From: Octopus bimaculoides
Lineage: Eukaryota
DNA: 52,456 nucleotides
NCBI RefSeq assembly: GCF_001194135.2
Contig: NC_068989.1
Coordinates: forward strand, 81,118,217-81,170,672
Reading direction: 5' to 3'
Shown here: piece by piece, positions 32,800 through 47,300 of the stretch
Layout of the letters: each line of letters begins with the position of its first letter
Numbering within the stretch: the stretch's first letter is position 1
Notes under the pieces: generated by a model
What the model was told of the DNA's origin: nothing
Database searches by the model: none
The model's input: the letters and a program-made list of their open reading frames with translations, nothing else
Translations under genes and position numbers: made by a program

Positions 32800-35700
32800 G
32801 GTCTATGCTTCAGTATAGAATGGTTACTTAAACATAAACATTTAACTAACATTATTTCAGACTGTTATTACTAGTTAAGATGGTTAAAGAATGTACAAAG
32901 TTTAAGATAAGAAAATATTTAAGAAAAATTATTAGTCAAATGTACCAGAGTCTGTTGCAGCATCATTTGTAGCATTAGAGGTACATAACTGCATAAAGTT
33001 TGGTGGTTTAGCGCCAGCTCCAACTACTTCAAGAACTGTGAACAAAGTGTACCAATCTTGCGTTGAATGAATGTTGGCAGCATTAGTGCGCAAAAGATCA
33101 TGAAGACCGTATGCCACTTGCTGGCAGATGGAATGGATCACAGCTGGTTTCATCATTAGCAAGATACGTAGTGAAGCAAGGACCTACAACAAAGTGAGAG
33201 AGATAGATAGAAAGATACAAGATATATAGATAGAGATATAAATACATAGAAAGAGATATATAAAGAAATACAGATAAAAAGACAGGCAGAGAGGTTTAGT
33301 TTATAGAAGTATATGAAAAAATATGTTGACAACAATGAAACGATTTAATATTAATGTGATGGTAAAAGAATATTAAGTACTGGACATCTTGGGAGTCTGC
33401 CAATTGAGTAAATTCATTATGATGATGAATTGGTGATTATAATATATATAAGTCTGTAGGCAACATAAATAATATGGAGTTTCAGTTTTATTTGCATGAC
33501 TTACCTGGGAAGCTATCTCTTCTCTCCTGAGCAGGCGTATGGCAATTCGAAGAAGACCAACAACAGCTCTTTCTACTAGGAATGTATGATCAGTAGCATC
33601 GACAATAAGGTTGTAGAGGTGATCTCGAACAGCTTGCCAGATAATTGTCACTCTATCCCTGCAAACAGATAAAACGAATGTTGAAACAATTGCATTTGAA
33701 GTTGATAAAAAAAACCAGATCAGTTAATATAATTCTTAGAGCTTGCGAAGACTTATTAGGGCAAGTGAAAGCGAAATCGGGATGGCACCTGTGCCCAGCG
33801 TCGCCTTTCTGGCACTTGTGCCCGTGACATGTGTAAGGATTTTCGAGCGAGATCGTTGCCAGTGCCCCTGGACTGGCTCTTGTGCGGATGGCACATAAAA
33901 TACACCATTTTGAGCGTGGCCATTGCAAGTACCGCCTGACTGGCCTTCGTGCGGGTGACACATAAAAGCACCTACTACACTCTCGGAGTGGTTGGCGTTA
34001 GGAAGGGCATCCAGCTGTAGAAACTCTGCTAAATCAGATTGGAGCCTGGTGTAGCCATCCAGTTTCACTAGTCCTCAGTCAAATCGTCCAACTCATGCTA
34101 GCATGGAAAGCGGACGTTAAATGATGATGATGATCATCATCATTCATTCATGTCCATTTTTCCTTGCTGGCATGGGTTGAACGGGAATTTATCTGGTAAG
34201 CTCCATCCAAGGCTAAATACAGGGACAGGTCTGATAGCCGACAAGCACCGTGAGATAGCATTTTATAATCAAATGCCTTTCCTGTTCCCAACTGTGACCT
34301 GTTTTTCAAGTAAAAGTTTTTATATTCAACCAGTCTTTGAAAGTACAGTGACCAGTTGTGAAGTTACCAAGGAACATAAACATATCACAGCTTCAGGTGA
34401 GAATCAGATGATGAGATATCGTCATCATCATGATCATCATTTAACATCCGTTTTCCACACTGACATGATTCAGTTGGTTTGACAGGATCCAGTGAGTCAT
34501 AGAGCTATGGTTTTTATAGCTAGATGTCCTTCCTAATGCCAACCATCTTATTGACACTAGTGAGGTGACTAAGTATCTTGCAAGATATAAAAAGAGAACA
34601 GAGAAAAAGGATAAAGGTCCTGCTACTAAGTTGAAGCAGAGAAATATTCAAAGTGTGAGGTGGCTTACCAACTAACCAACCAACCAACCAACCAACCAAC
34701 CAGCAGGAGGAAAATTGATGCTGTTAATAGTGTTGAGATGATAATGATGACAATGATGGTGGTGGTGGTAGCAAAGCTGGTGACTAAAACTGAAAGTTAT
34801 GTGGTAAGAAGCTTGCTTCCCAACCACATGATTCCAGGTTCAGTCCCACTGCATGACACCTTGGGCAAGTGTCTTCTAGTTGGACTGACCAAAACCTTGA
34901 GAGTGGATCTGGTAGACGGAAACTGAAAGAAGCCCATCCTATATGTGTGTGTGTGTATCTTTGTGTATGTGTTTGTCCCCCCTTCACCATTTGACAACTG
35001 GTGCTGGTGTGTTTAGTCTCTGTAACTTGGCATTTCAGCAAAAGAAACCAATAGAATAAGTACTAGGCTACTAGGCTTAAAAAATAAGTCCTGGGGTCGA
35101 TTTGTTCAACAAAAACTCTTCAAGGCGGTGTTCCAGCATGGCCACAGTCAAATGACTGAAACAGGTAAAAGAATAAAAGAATGTTATTTGTAGATTCCTA
35201 TTACAATGCACAGAGTGTAGATATTACAAACCTGTTCTGCAAGACTACTTTTATAAGAAGCTCAAGGAAAAACACAGCAGAATCCTCATCTCCTTGCATG
35301 CAGAGGGCTTCGTCAGAATCTGGCACCTGGGAACCAATGAGCAGTGTCTGAAGTACACAGAAAAGATTGTAAGATGTTGGAAAAAAAAAAGAAAAAAACA
35401 CAAAGAAAGGGTCATAGAAAAAAAAAAAAAAAGAAGCAATGTCATCTCACCCCAAATGACTGGGTTATGGTTTATGAGAGAATAAAAGATGATCAAGACC
35501 ATCTTTTATGGATGGACTGATCAAATGTCAACAACATAATCATTTTAATGTCCACATTTCCATGCTCATATGGGTTGGATGAAATTTGTGGAGGTACATT
35601 TTCTATGGCTGGATTATGTATGTGTATAAATATATAGTTGTATGCCCCTTAGATAGGGGAAAAACATCACCTTGCTTGGAAATTGGTGAGGGGTCAGCCT

Positions 35701-38700
35701 CAGGAAGGGCATTCAGCTGTAGAAAGCCTACCATACAAATAATGCTGTTCACACACATATACAGGGGCAGGCATGGCTATGTGGGTGGGAGGGTGAGAGA
35801 GATGACAGAAGGGGAGAGAGAAGGGCAGGAGGGGAGAGAGGGAGGTGAGATGAGGAGAGAAAGAAATCCATTAATTTAAGCCACCTTAACCAGCTCTTGC
35901 AGAGCTTCTTCCCGTAGAAACTTGCTGTCCATAATCAGCTGTTCAAGGTGACAATCATGGATGCAATTGCGAGCCTGTTCAGTGGCTTCTTGTTCTTCTG
36001 GTGTTGGACCTTTAGTGTTAGCAGATTCTGATAATGCAAAAAATCCATAGAAGGAACTAAGCATTCCAGTTTCTGGTCTGAAAAAAATCAAAGAGAAACA
36101 GTCATTTAGTGAAAATAATTTAGAACAATGGTTCTTAGTCTTTTGTAATTCAACATACCTTTTTACTGAATACAAATAAATACTAAAAAATAAACCAAAA
36201 AAAAAAAAAAAAAAAAAATTGCACAGGTGTGGTTGTGTAGTGGGAAGTTTGCTTCTTAACCACCCAACCACATGGTTCAGGTTTTATCCTACTGTGTGGC
36301 ACATTGGGCAAGTGTCTTCTACAATAGCCTCAGGCTGACTAAAGATTTGGTAAATGGAAACTGAAAGAAGCCAGTCATATATTGGTGTGTGTCCTATCAG
36401 TGCTTGACAACTGGTGTTGGTTTATGTCCTTATAACTTAGCAGTTTGGCAAAAGAGACCAATAGAGTAGGTAACAGGCTTAAAAAAAAGTACTGGGATCG
36501 ATTCATTTGACTAAAAACTCTTCAAAGCAGTGCCCCGGTGTGGCTGCAGTCTTATGACTGAAATGAGTCCCCTTCTCCTGATCTTAGGTCCATTCCTTCC
36601 CTGTTTTCCAAATACGCCTGTGGCCTCATGGGTTACCTCCTTACTTTGACTATTATCCTCCCACTAATACTTATTTCTTCCTCATTACTCTTCATTTCTT
36701 TCTATCTTTTCCTCAGTCTCACTACTTCCTTACAACCTTATCTGATCATTATCCAACTAATAACTTGATTTACAAATGAAATACTAACCTGCTTGTAGAA
36801 GTAGTCTCTTCTTTCATAATACAGATCTTTCCTTTATCGTCGGCAAAATCTTCCACCTAAGAAACAAACGATAAATGTGATAAAACAAAACAAAGCTTGC
36901 CTGACAGAGAAACCAGAAGAGAAATAGAAAACCATACAAACTGTTATGCTATGTGTCATATTTAACTAACTGAGGCTAAACATGGTAACTATTAATAGTT
37001 TGTACGAACACCAAAGATAGGCTAGATTTAACAGAATCATTGTAAGTTAGACACCTCAGCAATTACAGCTGTGAAACTTCATAAAAATGTTCAAGTGTTT
37101 CATTTTAGTATTTTCTTCTATAACTTCTTTCCTCTATAATTATTCAAGCACACAGCAAGAAAAACGTTTCATCACATATTTTAATTTTAGGCATGGCTGC
37201 ATGGTTAAAAGAGTTACTTCTCAATTACATACTTTTGGGTTCAGTTCCATTGTGAGGGTTCTCAGTTCAGTCTTACTGTAACTCTGGACTGACTAATACT
37301 TTCTGAGTGAATTTAATAGATGAAAATTATATGAAGCCCTTTGTATGCATGCGTGTGCATGTATGTATATTTGTGTGTGTATATGAATGTTCACATTCTC
37401 CTCATAGTATGAAAGGTGCTGAGCTACAGACGAAAGTTTATTGTCATTGGTTCGCTCTGGTGCTTTCAAAGACATGTAGAACAAAAAAAAAACCCTTATG
37501 TTTGAAAAACAAATAAGGAAATTCAGTAGTAAGAAAAATGACTGATGAGTTGGTTAGCTTTAAGAAAGATACAAAATTTTAAAAGTAATTGTTCCAACAA
37601 TAATAATAAACACTCCTTAAGTGAATGCTAGCTCAGGAAAATGGATGTAAGACAATGAAAAAAAAAAAAGAAAATTCTATAAAAGATATATTCCATTCAT
37701 GCTCATAAATTGGAAAAGTAAAATAACAGTTACCTCTATGAGGCTTTTGGGGACAAGTTTTGCTCGATAGAGCTGTAACAAGCAGTCAAGAATATTTTTC
37801 CAGCCTTCTCTTAAAATATCACCATGCCGATGAGCAAGTCCAAAAACAGTTCTTGCAGCAAGCTGAGCCTTGGAATTACCACCAAAAGAGACTGAAATGT
37901 TTTCAGGTGCCTACAATATAAAAAAAAGTTAATAAGAAAGTATGCAATAATCAAGTCAACAAATTGCTCTACTATTTTCATTTAAATGAAAACATTTGAT
38001 TAATTAAAGAAGACATGATGATATTTAAATAAACTCCAGAATGAAGATGAAAAAAATCCCACTTCATTTCATTATTCTGAGTATTTATCTTAAGTAAATT
38101 ACAGACATTGCAATTAAGTCTTTATTGAGGTTAAAAACTCAAATCTAAAGATAATATTCCTGAAATTGCTTATGACAAACCATTCACTGCACCATTAAAA
38201 GCTCGTTAAATCAGACCCAGTTACAGTCACTCCAACAACATGGAGGGACCCCAAGCAAAAGAGTCACTTGCCATGCTAAAAAATCTTCCTCTAGTCACAC
38301 TCTACCATTTTGAAAAGGAAGGACACAATGGCTAATGTAGTCCTCAAACTCATAATATGGAATAGTCATGGATAGAATATCATTAACCATAGTTTGGCTT
38401 GATCAAACGAATGTTAAATGATGATGATATTGAAGGAATTCCAGAGACAATGAGTAATAAAAAGACAAAATTACTTACATCAGCAGAACTAAGTAATGTT
38501 GTAAATTTACAGAGTGAGATAACGAGATTGTCAAATACATCACTCATACCATAATGAGCAGAGATCATTGCACACTTCCTGGAAAAGACGAAAAAGAAAA
38601 GAAAATTATCTCTGTGGACAGAAAACACCCTTCCTCACAGCATACACAAAATGAAACATGAATATTTTAAATTAAGGTTAATATTTTAAACAGCTAATAT

Positions 38701-41700
38701 GTGACAAAATCTAACAGGAACACTTGAAAATATCTAAAATGCAGAGTACTGGGTTAAACTTTTAAGAATTAATTAGAACTATTTTAGTCTGGTTATGAGT
38801 TAAATCTCAACACCTGGATAAATAATGTAAGCACTTAGTAACAGTAATATATTTGTCTGAAGTAATTTAATCAGCTACTTGTAGGCATGTTCATACTCCC
38901 AAATCATTTTCATATTCCATTCATTTGCTAATGATCCACTGCTGGATGAAGCCCCAATATGTTGTTACTAGTTTATCTATGCTTGATGTTGACCAATTGC
39001 ATGTTTGAAGGGGTACTTATCATTGGCCATTGGTGCCTAGGCAGAATTTGAACTCAGAACATAAAGTTTTCTGAATGAAGGCATCTTGTTCTTGTTTGAA
39101 GCTCTAACAATTCTGCCAAAGCACCACTCTGGACTGGTGCTGTATTCATTAATCACAAAAAAGATGGAATGTAAAGTTAACCTAGGCAGGATTCGATATT
39201 TGTGTGCAAAGAACCAGAATGAATACAGCATGGCATGCTATCCACTGCCTTAATGACTCCGCTAATATCCCTCTTAGTCATTGATATTGTTTTAATTATT
39301 ATTTATAATTACATATTGAAGGCAGTAATTGGCAGAAACAAAGTACTAGACAAAGTATTTTAAAAATGCCTTGTAATATTTAATTATGCTCATTTTCAGT
39401 CCAAGTTCAAATCCTGCAGAGGATGACTAAGTGAAAATGTTAAAGGAAGAGAAAAGAATGAAAAGTAAATAATTCTTGCCTGAAACCTGAGATTGCTTTC
39501 TGTATGATGCCTTCATCTGAACTTTTGTCAAAGATAAATGAAAGAGCAGCAACTGTTGGCCCCCAAGCTAGAGTGAATAACTCATGGTCAAAAGAACCTG
39601 TGGGAGCATGTATAAATGACCCTTCCTTGCCACTTCCCCTTTTGAGTAAAACCTGAAACGATAATAAAATAATAGAAATATTTATCATGTTCAATGAATC
39701 AACTAACATAAAATTCATTACTTTGTTCATTAGACATCCATTTTATCCACCTTGGGAACTTTCTCTGGCACCGCCTCACTACCATCTTTATTTTCTACCT
39801 AGCTACTCCCACCCACCCTTATATAATGTAGGGTAGCCATGTATCTTCTCTATAGCAAGACACCTGCACTTGTACCTTTATCATACTTCAGCCTCTCAAA
39901 ACCTGACATAAAGTCACCTAAAATACTATCTCCTGTTTCTGTCTTGCAAGTTACTTGGTGACCTCACTAATGCCAATGGTATGAAGAAAGCATCCAATAC
40001 ACACTATAAAGTGGTTCGCATTAAGAAGAGCATCCAACCATAGAAATCCCACCAAAGCTGAAATTAAAGCTTTAAGCAGCCCTGTGGCTTCCAAACCATC
40101 CAACCTATTTCCAAGGTATGGAAAATGGATGTTAAACGATGATGATGATGAGCTGGGGTTGGACAGGGACATATTTGAAACTGGATTTCACAGCTGAATC
40201 CTCTTCTTGTTGACAACCATTACTCATTTTTCCAGTAAGAGGATTTTAAAAAAATTTACATGTCTTCAAAAGCACAGAGCAACCAGTCATAACATCAGCA
40301 AAGAATGCAGACACCATATCAACAGTGGTGACAAGTGAAGTTGTGTAATGTCAATATTCACACACACACATAGTTTCTGTTGATCAAATTCACTCACAAG
40401 ACATTGGTCAGTCCAGAAGACAGTTGTCCAAGGTGTCATATAGTCAGACTGAACCTGGAATCATATGATTGCATAGTGAACTTCCTAACCACACAGCCAT
40501 GAATAATCACTAGAAACTGTTGATGATAAAAGTGATTTGCATCAACAAGAGTTACTTTGATAATAACTAAAAAGTGAGGCATAGTTGTGATTCAGGTATG
40601 ACTTCACAGAAAGGCAACCTGAGCAAGTGTCTTCTACAAAAGCCTTAAGTTGACCCAAAGGCTTTTATAAGAAATTTGGTACATGGAAACTGTGTGGAAG
40701 CCTATCAAAGAAACTGTTCCTGGTCTTGGATGATAGATTTAATCTAGCAGCCAGTTTAACATCACACATCACTGCATAGTCTTTGATCGCATTTAGTAAG
40801 AGTTCAGTCTGTGGCAAACGTTTGATTCGTGTCTCCAATATGAGAGTAACTTCCACTGATCCTGTCACATTAAAGTCAGAGACTTTAATGAGGGTTATGA
40901 ACACTACTCTCCTTCCTCTGACTAAACCATTTAAAAACAAAACACAAAATCCTCACAGAATCCTCCATCAAAGTATTCTCTAATAAGGTTTCTGTATACT
41001 ACCATCACAAAACTTTCACTTTGTTCTCACATGAAATAAAATCGCTAAAAAAAAATAAATCTCTTATTTTCATGATTTGAAGAAGTGGTCAAATATTTTA
41101 CTTACTTTCCACAAATAATTTTCCTTCACCAACCCAGTGTGTTCTGCAGGCATCACTATTTCTTCATTCCTGAAATAATGCAATATATAAGTTAAAAATG
41201 GAAAAAGTGACAATAAAGAAAAAAAAACAAAAAAAAACAGAGTAATACTTCTTTTCATTGTTAATATTTACACAGAGTAACCATAGAGTAGCAATACAAT
41301 CAAAGAGAGATTGTTATATAATATTTCATTTTATTGTTTGGATACTCTTCATGATAACTCTGTGAAACATGAAAATACATTCATGGTATTAGAGAGAATT
41401 ATGATTAATTAGAGATAAGTTATAAGCGACAAAGGACAAATGGATTTTATCTCGTTTCTAATGCAAGAGAAAGTGGTGACAGAAATAACTTTCTTAATTT
41501 TCATAAACAGCAGTTCACAATGAGATCCATATGAACTCAGTGCTAAGGCTGAGAGAATCAAGTTTACACCATTATGAGTTAGTATCGTGAATACCAGTCA
41601 TGGCTATGTGGTTAAGAAGTTCACTTCACAACTATGAGGTTTCAGGTTCAATTAAACTGCATGGCATCTTGGCCAAGTATATTCTACTATGTCTCAGGTT

Positions 41701-44298
41701 AAACCGAAACCATCTGAATGAAAATTTAGCCATTAGATACTGTATGGAAGCCTATCAAAGGGACCATTCCTATTTTGGGGGAGTAGATTTAAATAGTTTC
41801 CTGGTTCAACACAACCATTTGGCCCATGGGGTACCTTCAGCAGTGGCCATGCTGTTGGAAGCTTTCAAATAAGGCCTCCAGTCTGAGGTTAATTTCCTCC
41901 CATCAGATTTGGAGGCACTGAAAAAGGGCCTTCAAGACTAATTAAGAAGATGATAACCTCTTCTCACCAGGCCATGGCCCCTCCATTTTGAAATAGATAA
42001 ATAAATAAATGAAGTGTGAATTTGTATTTCCTTTGTTGCAGAATTTTCTACATGGTCTTGAGCAAGACATTTAGCACCACTTATCTCACAGAAAATCATG
42101 TATTAACACATCTTAGAAAATTAACATGATAAAAATAACAATAATGCCATATTTTTGAGGAAATTTAATCTTTATCTTCCTAATATTTAGGGTTCCATCA
42201 AAGGAAAAAGAAAGTGCTAAGTAAGATTTCTGTAAAAATATCCCTTAGTTATACAAATTAGCAACAGAATTTTATTTTAAAAGGCTAATTTCACCATTAA
42301 ATTGGGTTGAATACCTACCGAATAGCATTATAAATATCTTCCAACATATCCTCATCAAAATCATTACCACCATTGGTTTTTGAGACATTTCTCTTGTATT
42401 CCTGAGGAAAAAAAAGTTCAATATTTTATAAGCATACACATTTTAATACTGTATGAGAGCTTGTCAACACTCTACAAAGCAAAGGTCAGATAAGGCTCAT
42501 AGTGAAATATTGCTCTCACATTTGAGACAGTACTACTGCTGCATATACAGACATCCTAGATGACATCCAGAAAAGGATGTGGTCTAGAACATCTTGATTG
42601 GCATAAAGGTACTTACAGACACACTCCAGCCAGTGGCCCCATATACTATAGCCTCCAGCCTATGGCCTTTCTCTACTTTTTCTACTATAACTATAATGGC
42701 TTTTGCTCCTTGGAGATGGCTGAGGTACCAGATCATTTGGGAATATTCTTCCTCCAGCCAGAGACTAGTCATCATTGCATTTGGACTTGGGTTCTGATTG
42801 CCAGCTGTCTGTGATTACCAGTGTGTTGCAGCACACTATATTACATCCATTCCGCACAGGCATCCAACACGATGGCAGAATGTAACCACTGTAGGTAGGA
42901 CTGTGTTAATTTAAACAGACTAATACAATTATATATACTGTTGTTCAAAGGCACAATATGATGGCTGTAACAAGGTTTGAATTTGCAATTATTGGCTCAT
43001 TACTGAATCACTTTGAAACGACTGTTTCCTTTCATTGTCCCAATTATATCTCTAACTTATTCGTTTATTTATTGCAATTCATTTGTTTGTTCATTTCTTT
43101 TACAACTGTTATTCCATGTTAGCATGAGTTAGATGAATACATGTGATTGAGGCATCATTCTATAGTCAGGTGTCTTCCTGTCTCTAGCCTTTACCTCGTT
43201 TTCAAGTAAAAGATACTTTAATCACGCCTTCAAAAGTGTGGAGTTAGCAGACAATTTGTTGACAAGGAATTGCTAATAAAGTTCACTGTTTATAGCAAAG
43301 TGCATAGCATAAAGATCAATGCAAACACACATACGTGTGTGTGTGTGTGAGTGAGAGAGAGAGAGAAGCCTTATAGCGTTTTCATGTATCAAATTCACCT
43401 GGTACTACAGTAGAAGGCAGTTGCTTAAATATAACTATATATTATGGAGGATGACAAACAAATGTTATAGGCAGATCAATGTGGCCATATTTACAAGACT
43501 TTAATATATCATTTAATTAACATCTACCCCTATGATGACATGACAATTCTATTCAATTATCCACGTTTGTCAATTTTTCTATCAAACCTAACAACTTTCC
43601 TGCAGGCCTTTTTTTCATGGCCTATCGTTACTCTTTTAATTCCTAGTCATTTTAGATAACCATTCAGAAGTTACTATTGTATAATGAACTAACAAGGCCT
43701 TGGCCCTTTGCTCTAGAAGTTGCAAGCTATTTAATTATTAGTCTACATCCATTACAGTTTATCACTCTTAACACTTCAGACAACAGCAGACATACAAGAA
43801 ACTAGTTCATTAGACAGACAAGATAAATACTCACATCAACAGTCATAGGTGTACTCTGTTTCTTAACATTGTGGTTGTGCTGGTCCACATTTAACATAAT
43901 CACAGCATATGCCAGTGTAAATGCAGCATCAGAATCAGCAAAAGGTTCCCCGTTGGTTTTCTGAAACATTAACATAATATATTATGATATATTATAATTC
44001 TGAGAAGACAAACAGGAAAAGATTAATGTCAACAGCTTAATTTAAGGGAAAGGCTATAATCTGACAACTCTATTTCACATAAGCCAATAAAGAAGCCTTA
44101 ATATGGTTGCTTGATTAGCTAGAAATAGCAACCAAACAGCAGAAAATATGGAATATTTACACACAAGTTTACAGACACACACGTTTACTAAGTGATATGT
44201 ACATAATTTTATTTTAGAGATATGCAATTTTTGTAGAAATAGTGTTTACGAATTATGGATTTTACATTGACACATTTACACTCATACACACACACACG

Positions 44299-44342
<44 letters not shown>

Positions 44343-47300
44343 NNNNNNNNNNNNNNNNNNNNNNNNNNNNNNNNNNNNNNNNNNNNNNNNNNNNNNNNNN
44401 NNNNNNNNNNNNNNNNNNNNNNNNNNNNNNNNNNNNNNNNNNNNNNNNNNNNNNNNTATTATTATTATTATTATTATTATTAAAGCAAGTTTAAGAACCA
44501 TCCTATCCATGCTAACATGGGAAACAGATGTAAGATTTGATATATTTTTTTTTATTTGTTTCAGTCATTTGACTGCAGCCATGCTGGAGCGCTGCCTTTA
44601 GTCAAACAAATCGACCCCAGGACTTATTCTTTGTAAGCTTAGTACTTATTCTATTGATCTCTTTTGCCAAACTGCTAAGTTACGGGGACGTAAACACACC
44701 AACATCGGTTGTCAAGTGAGGATGGTGATGGTGGTGGTGGTGGTGGGGGGGCGACAACCACAGTCACACAAACATATACATACATGTACTAGACAAAGAA
44801 TAAGTCCTGGGGTCGATTTGCTCGACTAAAAGTCAGTGCTCCAGCATGGCCACAGTCAAATGACTGAAACAAGTAAATAGATATAAAAAGCCAATTGATA
44901 CTTACATGCCAATGTTCAGCAAACATTTCAATGATGTAGGATATTACAGGAGCCTCCCCAGGTAAACGGAATGTTTCTAAGTAGAGACGCAAAGCTTCAT
45001 CCAATCGCGTGTCATTGAAATTGAAGGATCTACAACAGAAAAAAGTTTTTTTAAATAAAAAAAGATAAAAAGACACTTATTTTAGTCATTGGACTGTGGT
45101 CATACTGGGGCACCACTTTCAAGAATTTGATTATATCAACCCCAGTACTTGTTTTTATGTTTGGTTCTCATTTGAGCAATCTCTAAGTCATAGGACATAA
45201 AACAGATACTACATTATTATCTTAAACTGCAACAATGTAAAAACAGTCACACAGATACAGGCACACAAACACACACATGCTTGCTTTGCAATGGACCCTC
45301 AACTACTAATGGAGCACTGTTGTGATATACAGTGTCTGTTGGGTATATAAACCAAGTGGTACTCTCTAAGCTTGATCAGCTTATTTCTAGTTGGGAGAGA
45401 GAGAGAGAGAGAGACAGAGAAAGGATGAGAATGAGAAACAAAGAAAGAAAAATCAACCCCATTGCTGGACTGGTACTTGGTTTACTGAAAGGATGGAAGG
45501 TAACGTTGACGTCACAGCCAAGACAACACAAATGAATACAGCAAAAGCATTCTACCTGATGCTTAACACATATATAGACACACACATACCAACAAATGCA
45601 TACAGACACACAGTGCAGCTCTCTGGCTGGCCAGCTCCTGTCAAACCATCCCAACCCATTTCAGCATGGAAAACAGGTGTTAAATGTTGATTATGATGAT
45701 AACGATGTAAAACACGTACTTGACAAAAGCTTCAAATATCTTTGCATTTTTCTTGTTACTGATGTATTCTCCGATTTGTCTCTTGTCCAATTTAGGATTC
45801 TCTCTTAAAAATGTGACCACTTCACCTGGATCTAAAGGAGTGGAAAGGAGGCCCTGTTCCTGTAGGAAGTGTATACCTTTCACAGGTTTTACATTAAATT
45901 GTTCAGTTCCACTCTGATACATCTGAAAATCAACAGATAAGACCAATCAAATTAAATTAATCTGTTTGAGAATTTGATATTAAAAAATAAAAACAAAAAT
46001 AAAAGTAAACATGAAAATTTTTATTAAGATTTTTTTTTTTAACACTTCAAAATTTTCAATTTAATAAGACATGAATTTTTAAAAGCTGAAATCAGAGGCT
46101 GAAAAGTAATAAAAAAAACCTCAAAACCTGCAAATAATTGAAATAAAAATTTAAAATATTAAAAATCGAAAAATTTAACCCAATTTAATTTCAATTTCAG
46201 TTAGTAAAATGTGTTCAATTTGTGCCACAAATACTCACAGAAACAATTCTATTATTACTGAACACAAAGTTGAACAAAAAAAAACAAAAACCAAAGGGTT
46301 AAATAAAAACAGAAGAAAGACAACACAATTCTTTTCTCTATTTTATCAAAGTGTACTTGGATTAAATAATTATGTATTTGATAGCAAAACAGACACAACC
46401 CAATTTCAGCAGTACATATTCAAGAAAAAGAGTATCAAATACAAAATTAGTTTATGGGAAGCCCAACTTTTGCATTTTGAACTGGGGTAATTTTCGAGAA
46501 ATTTTTGTAAAAAAAACTGCACCTTATACGAAATTAAATATGGTTTATGTCATTGCTCTTAATTAAATACTTGCCTTCTTTTTATGTTTCAGTGCAGCTA
46601 GCTCCTCAGATGTAGGTACTTTTTCAGTAATTTTCATTCTGTTTGGTCGGATCTGGGGTCCCTTTTGAATCTCTTTGGCTGGTTTTTGAGGCCAGGTATG
46701 TTCTGTTAAAAAATTTGGAACTTATAAAGTAAACAGACCATTAAATTAGAAAAAAAAATATAAATAAATAAAAAATAAAATATAAATCTACAAGAGGTAT
46801 AGCCATGTGGTTTAAGAAGCTCACTTTACAACTGCATAGGTTCAATCCCATGGTGCCTTAGGCAAATGTCTTCTATAACCTTTTGAGTGAATTTAGTAGA
46901 TGGAAACTGTGTGGAAGCGAGCTGGCAGAAACATTAGCACACCGGGCGAAATGCTTAGCAGTATTTTGTCTGCCGCTACGTTCTGAGTTCAAATTCCGCC
47001 GAGGTCGACATTGCCTTTCATCCTTTCGGGGTTGATAAATTAAGTACCAGTTACGCACTGGGGTCGATGTAATTGACTTAATCCCTTAGTCTGTCTTTGT
47101 TTGTCCCTTCTATGTTTAGCCCCTTGTGGGCAATAAAGAAATAGGAAACTGTGTGGAAGCCTGCTGGTGCCACATAAAAAGCATCTAGTCCACACTGTAA
47201 AGTGGTTGGCACTTGAAAGGGCATCCAGCAATAAAAACCAAGCCAAAACTGACCTTGCTTGTGCTGGTACCACATAAAAAGCACTGAATCCACTCTGCAG

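Noticed and set aside
42560-42900. Extra GBF1 exon or separate gene in a GC-richer patch with several short ORFs
   Set aside because: Flanking GBF1 exons already join in frame and contiguously with the Sec7 consensus; no convincing motif; probably a decayed retroelement
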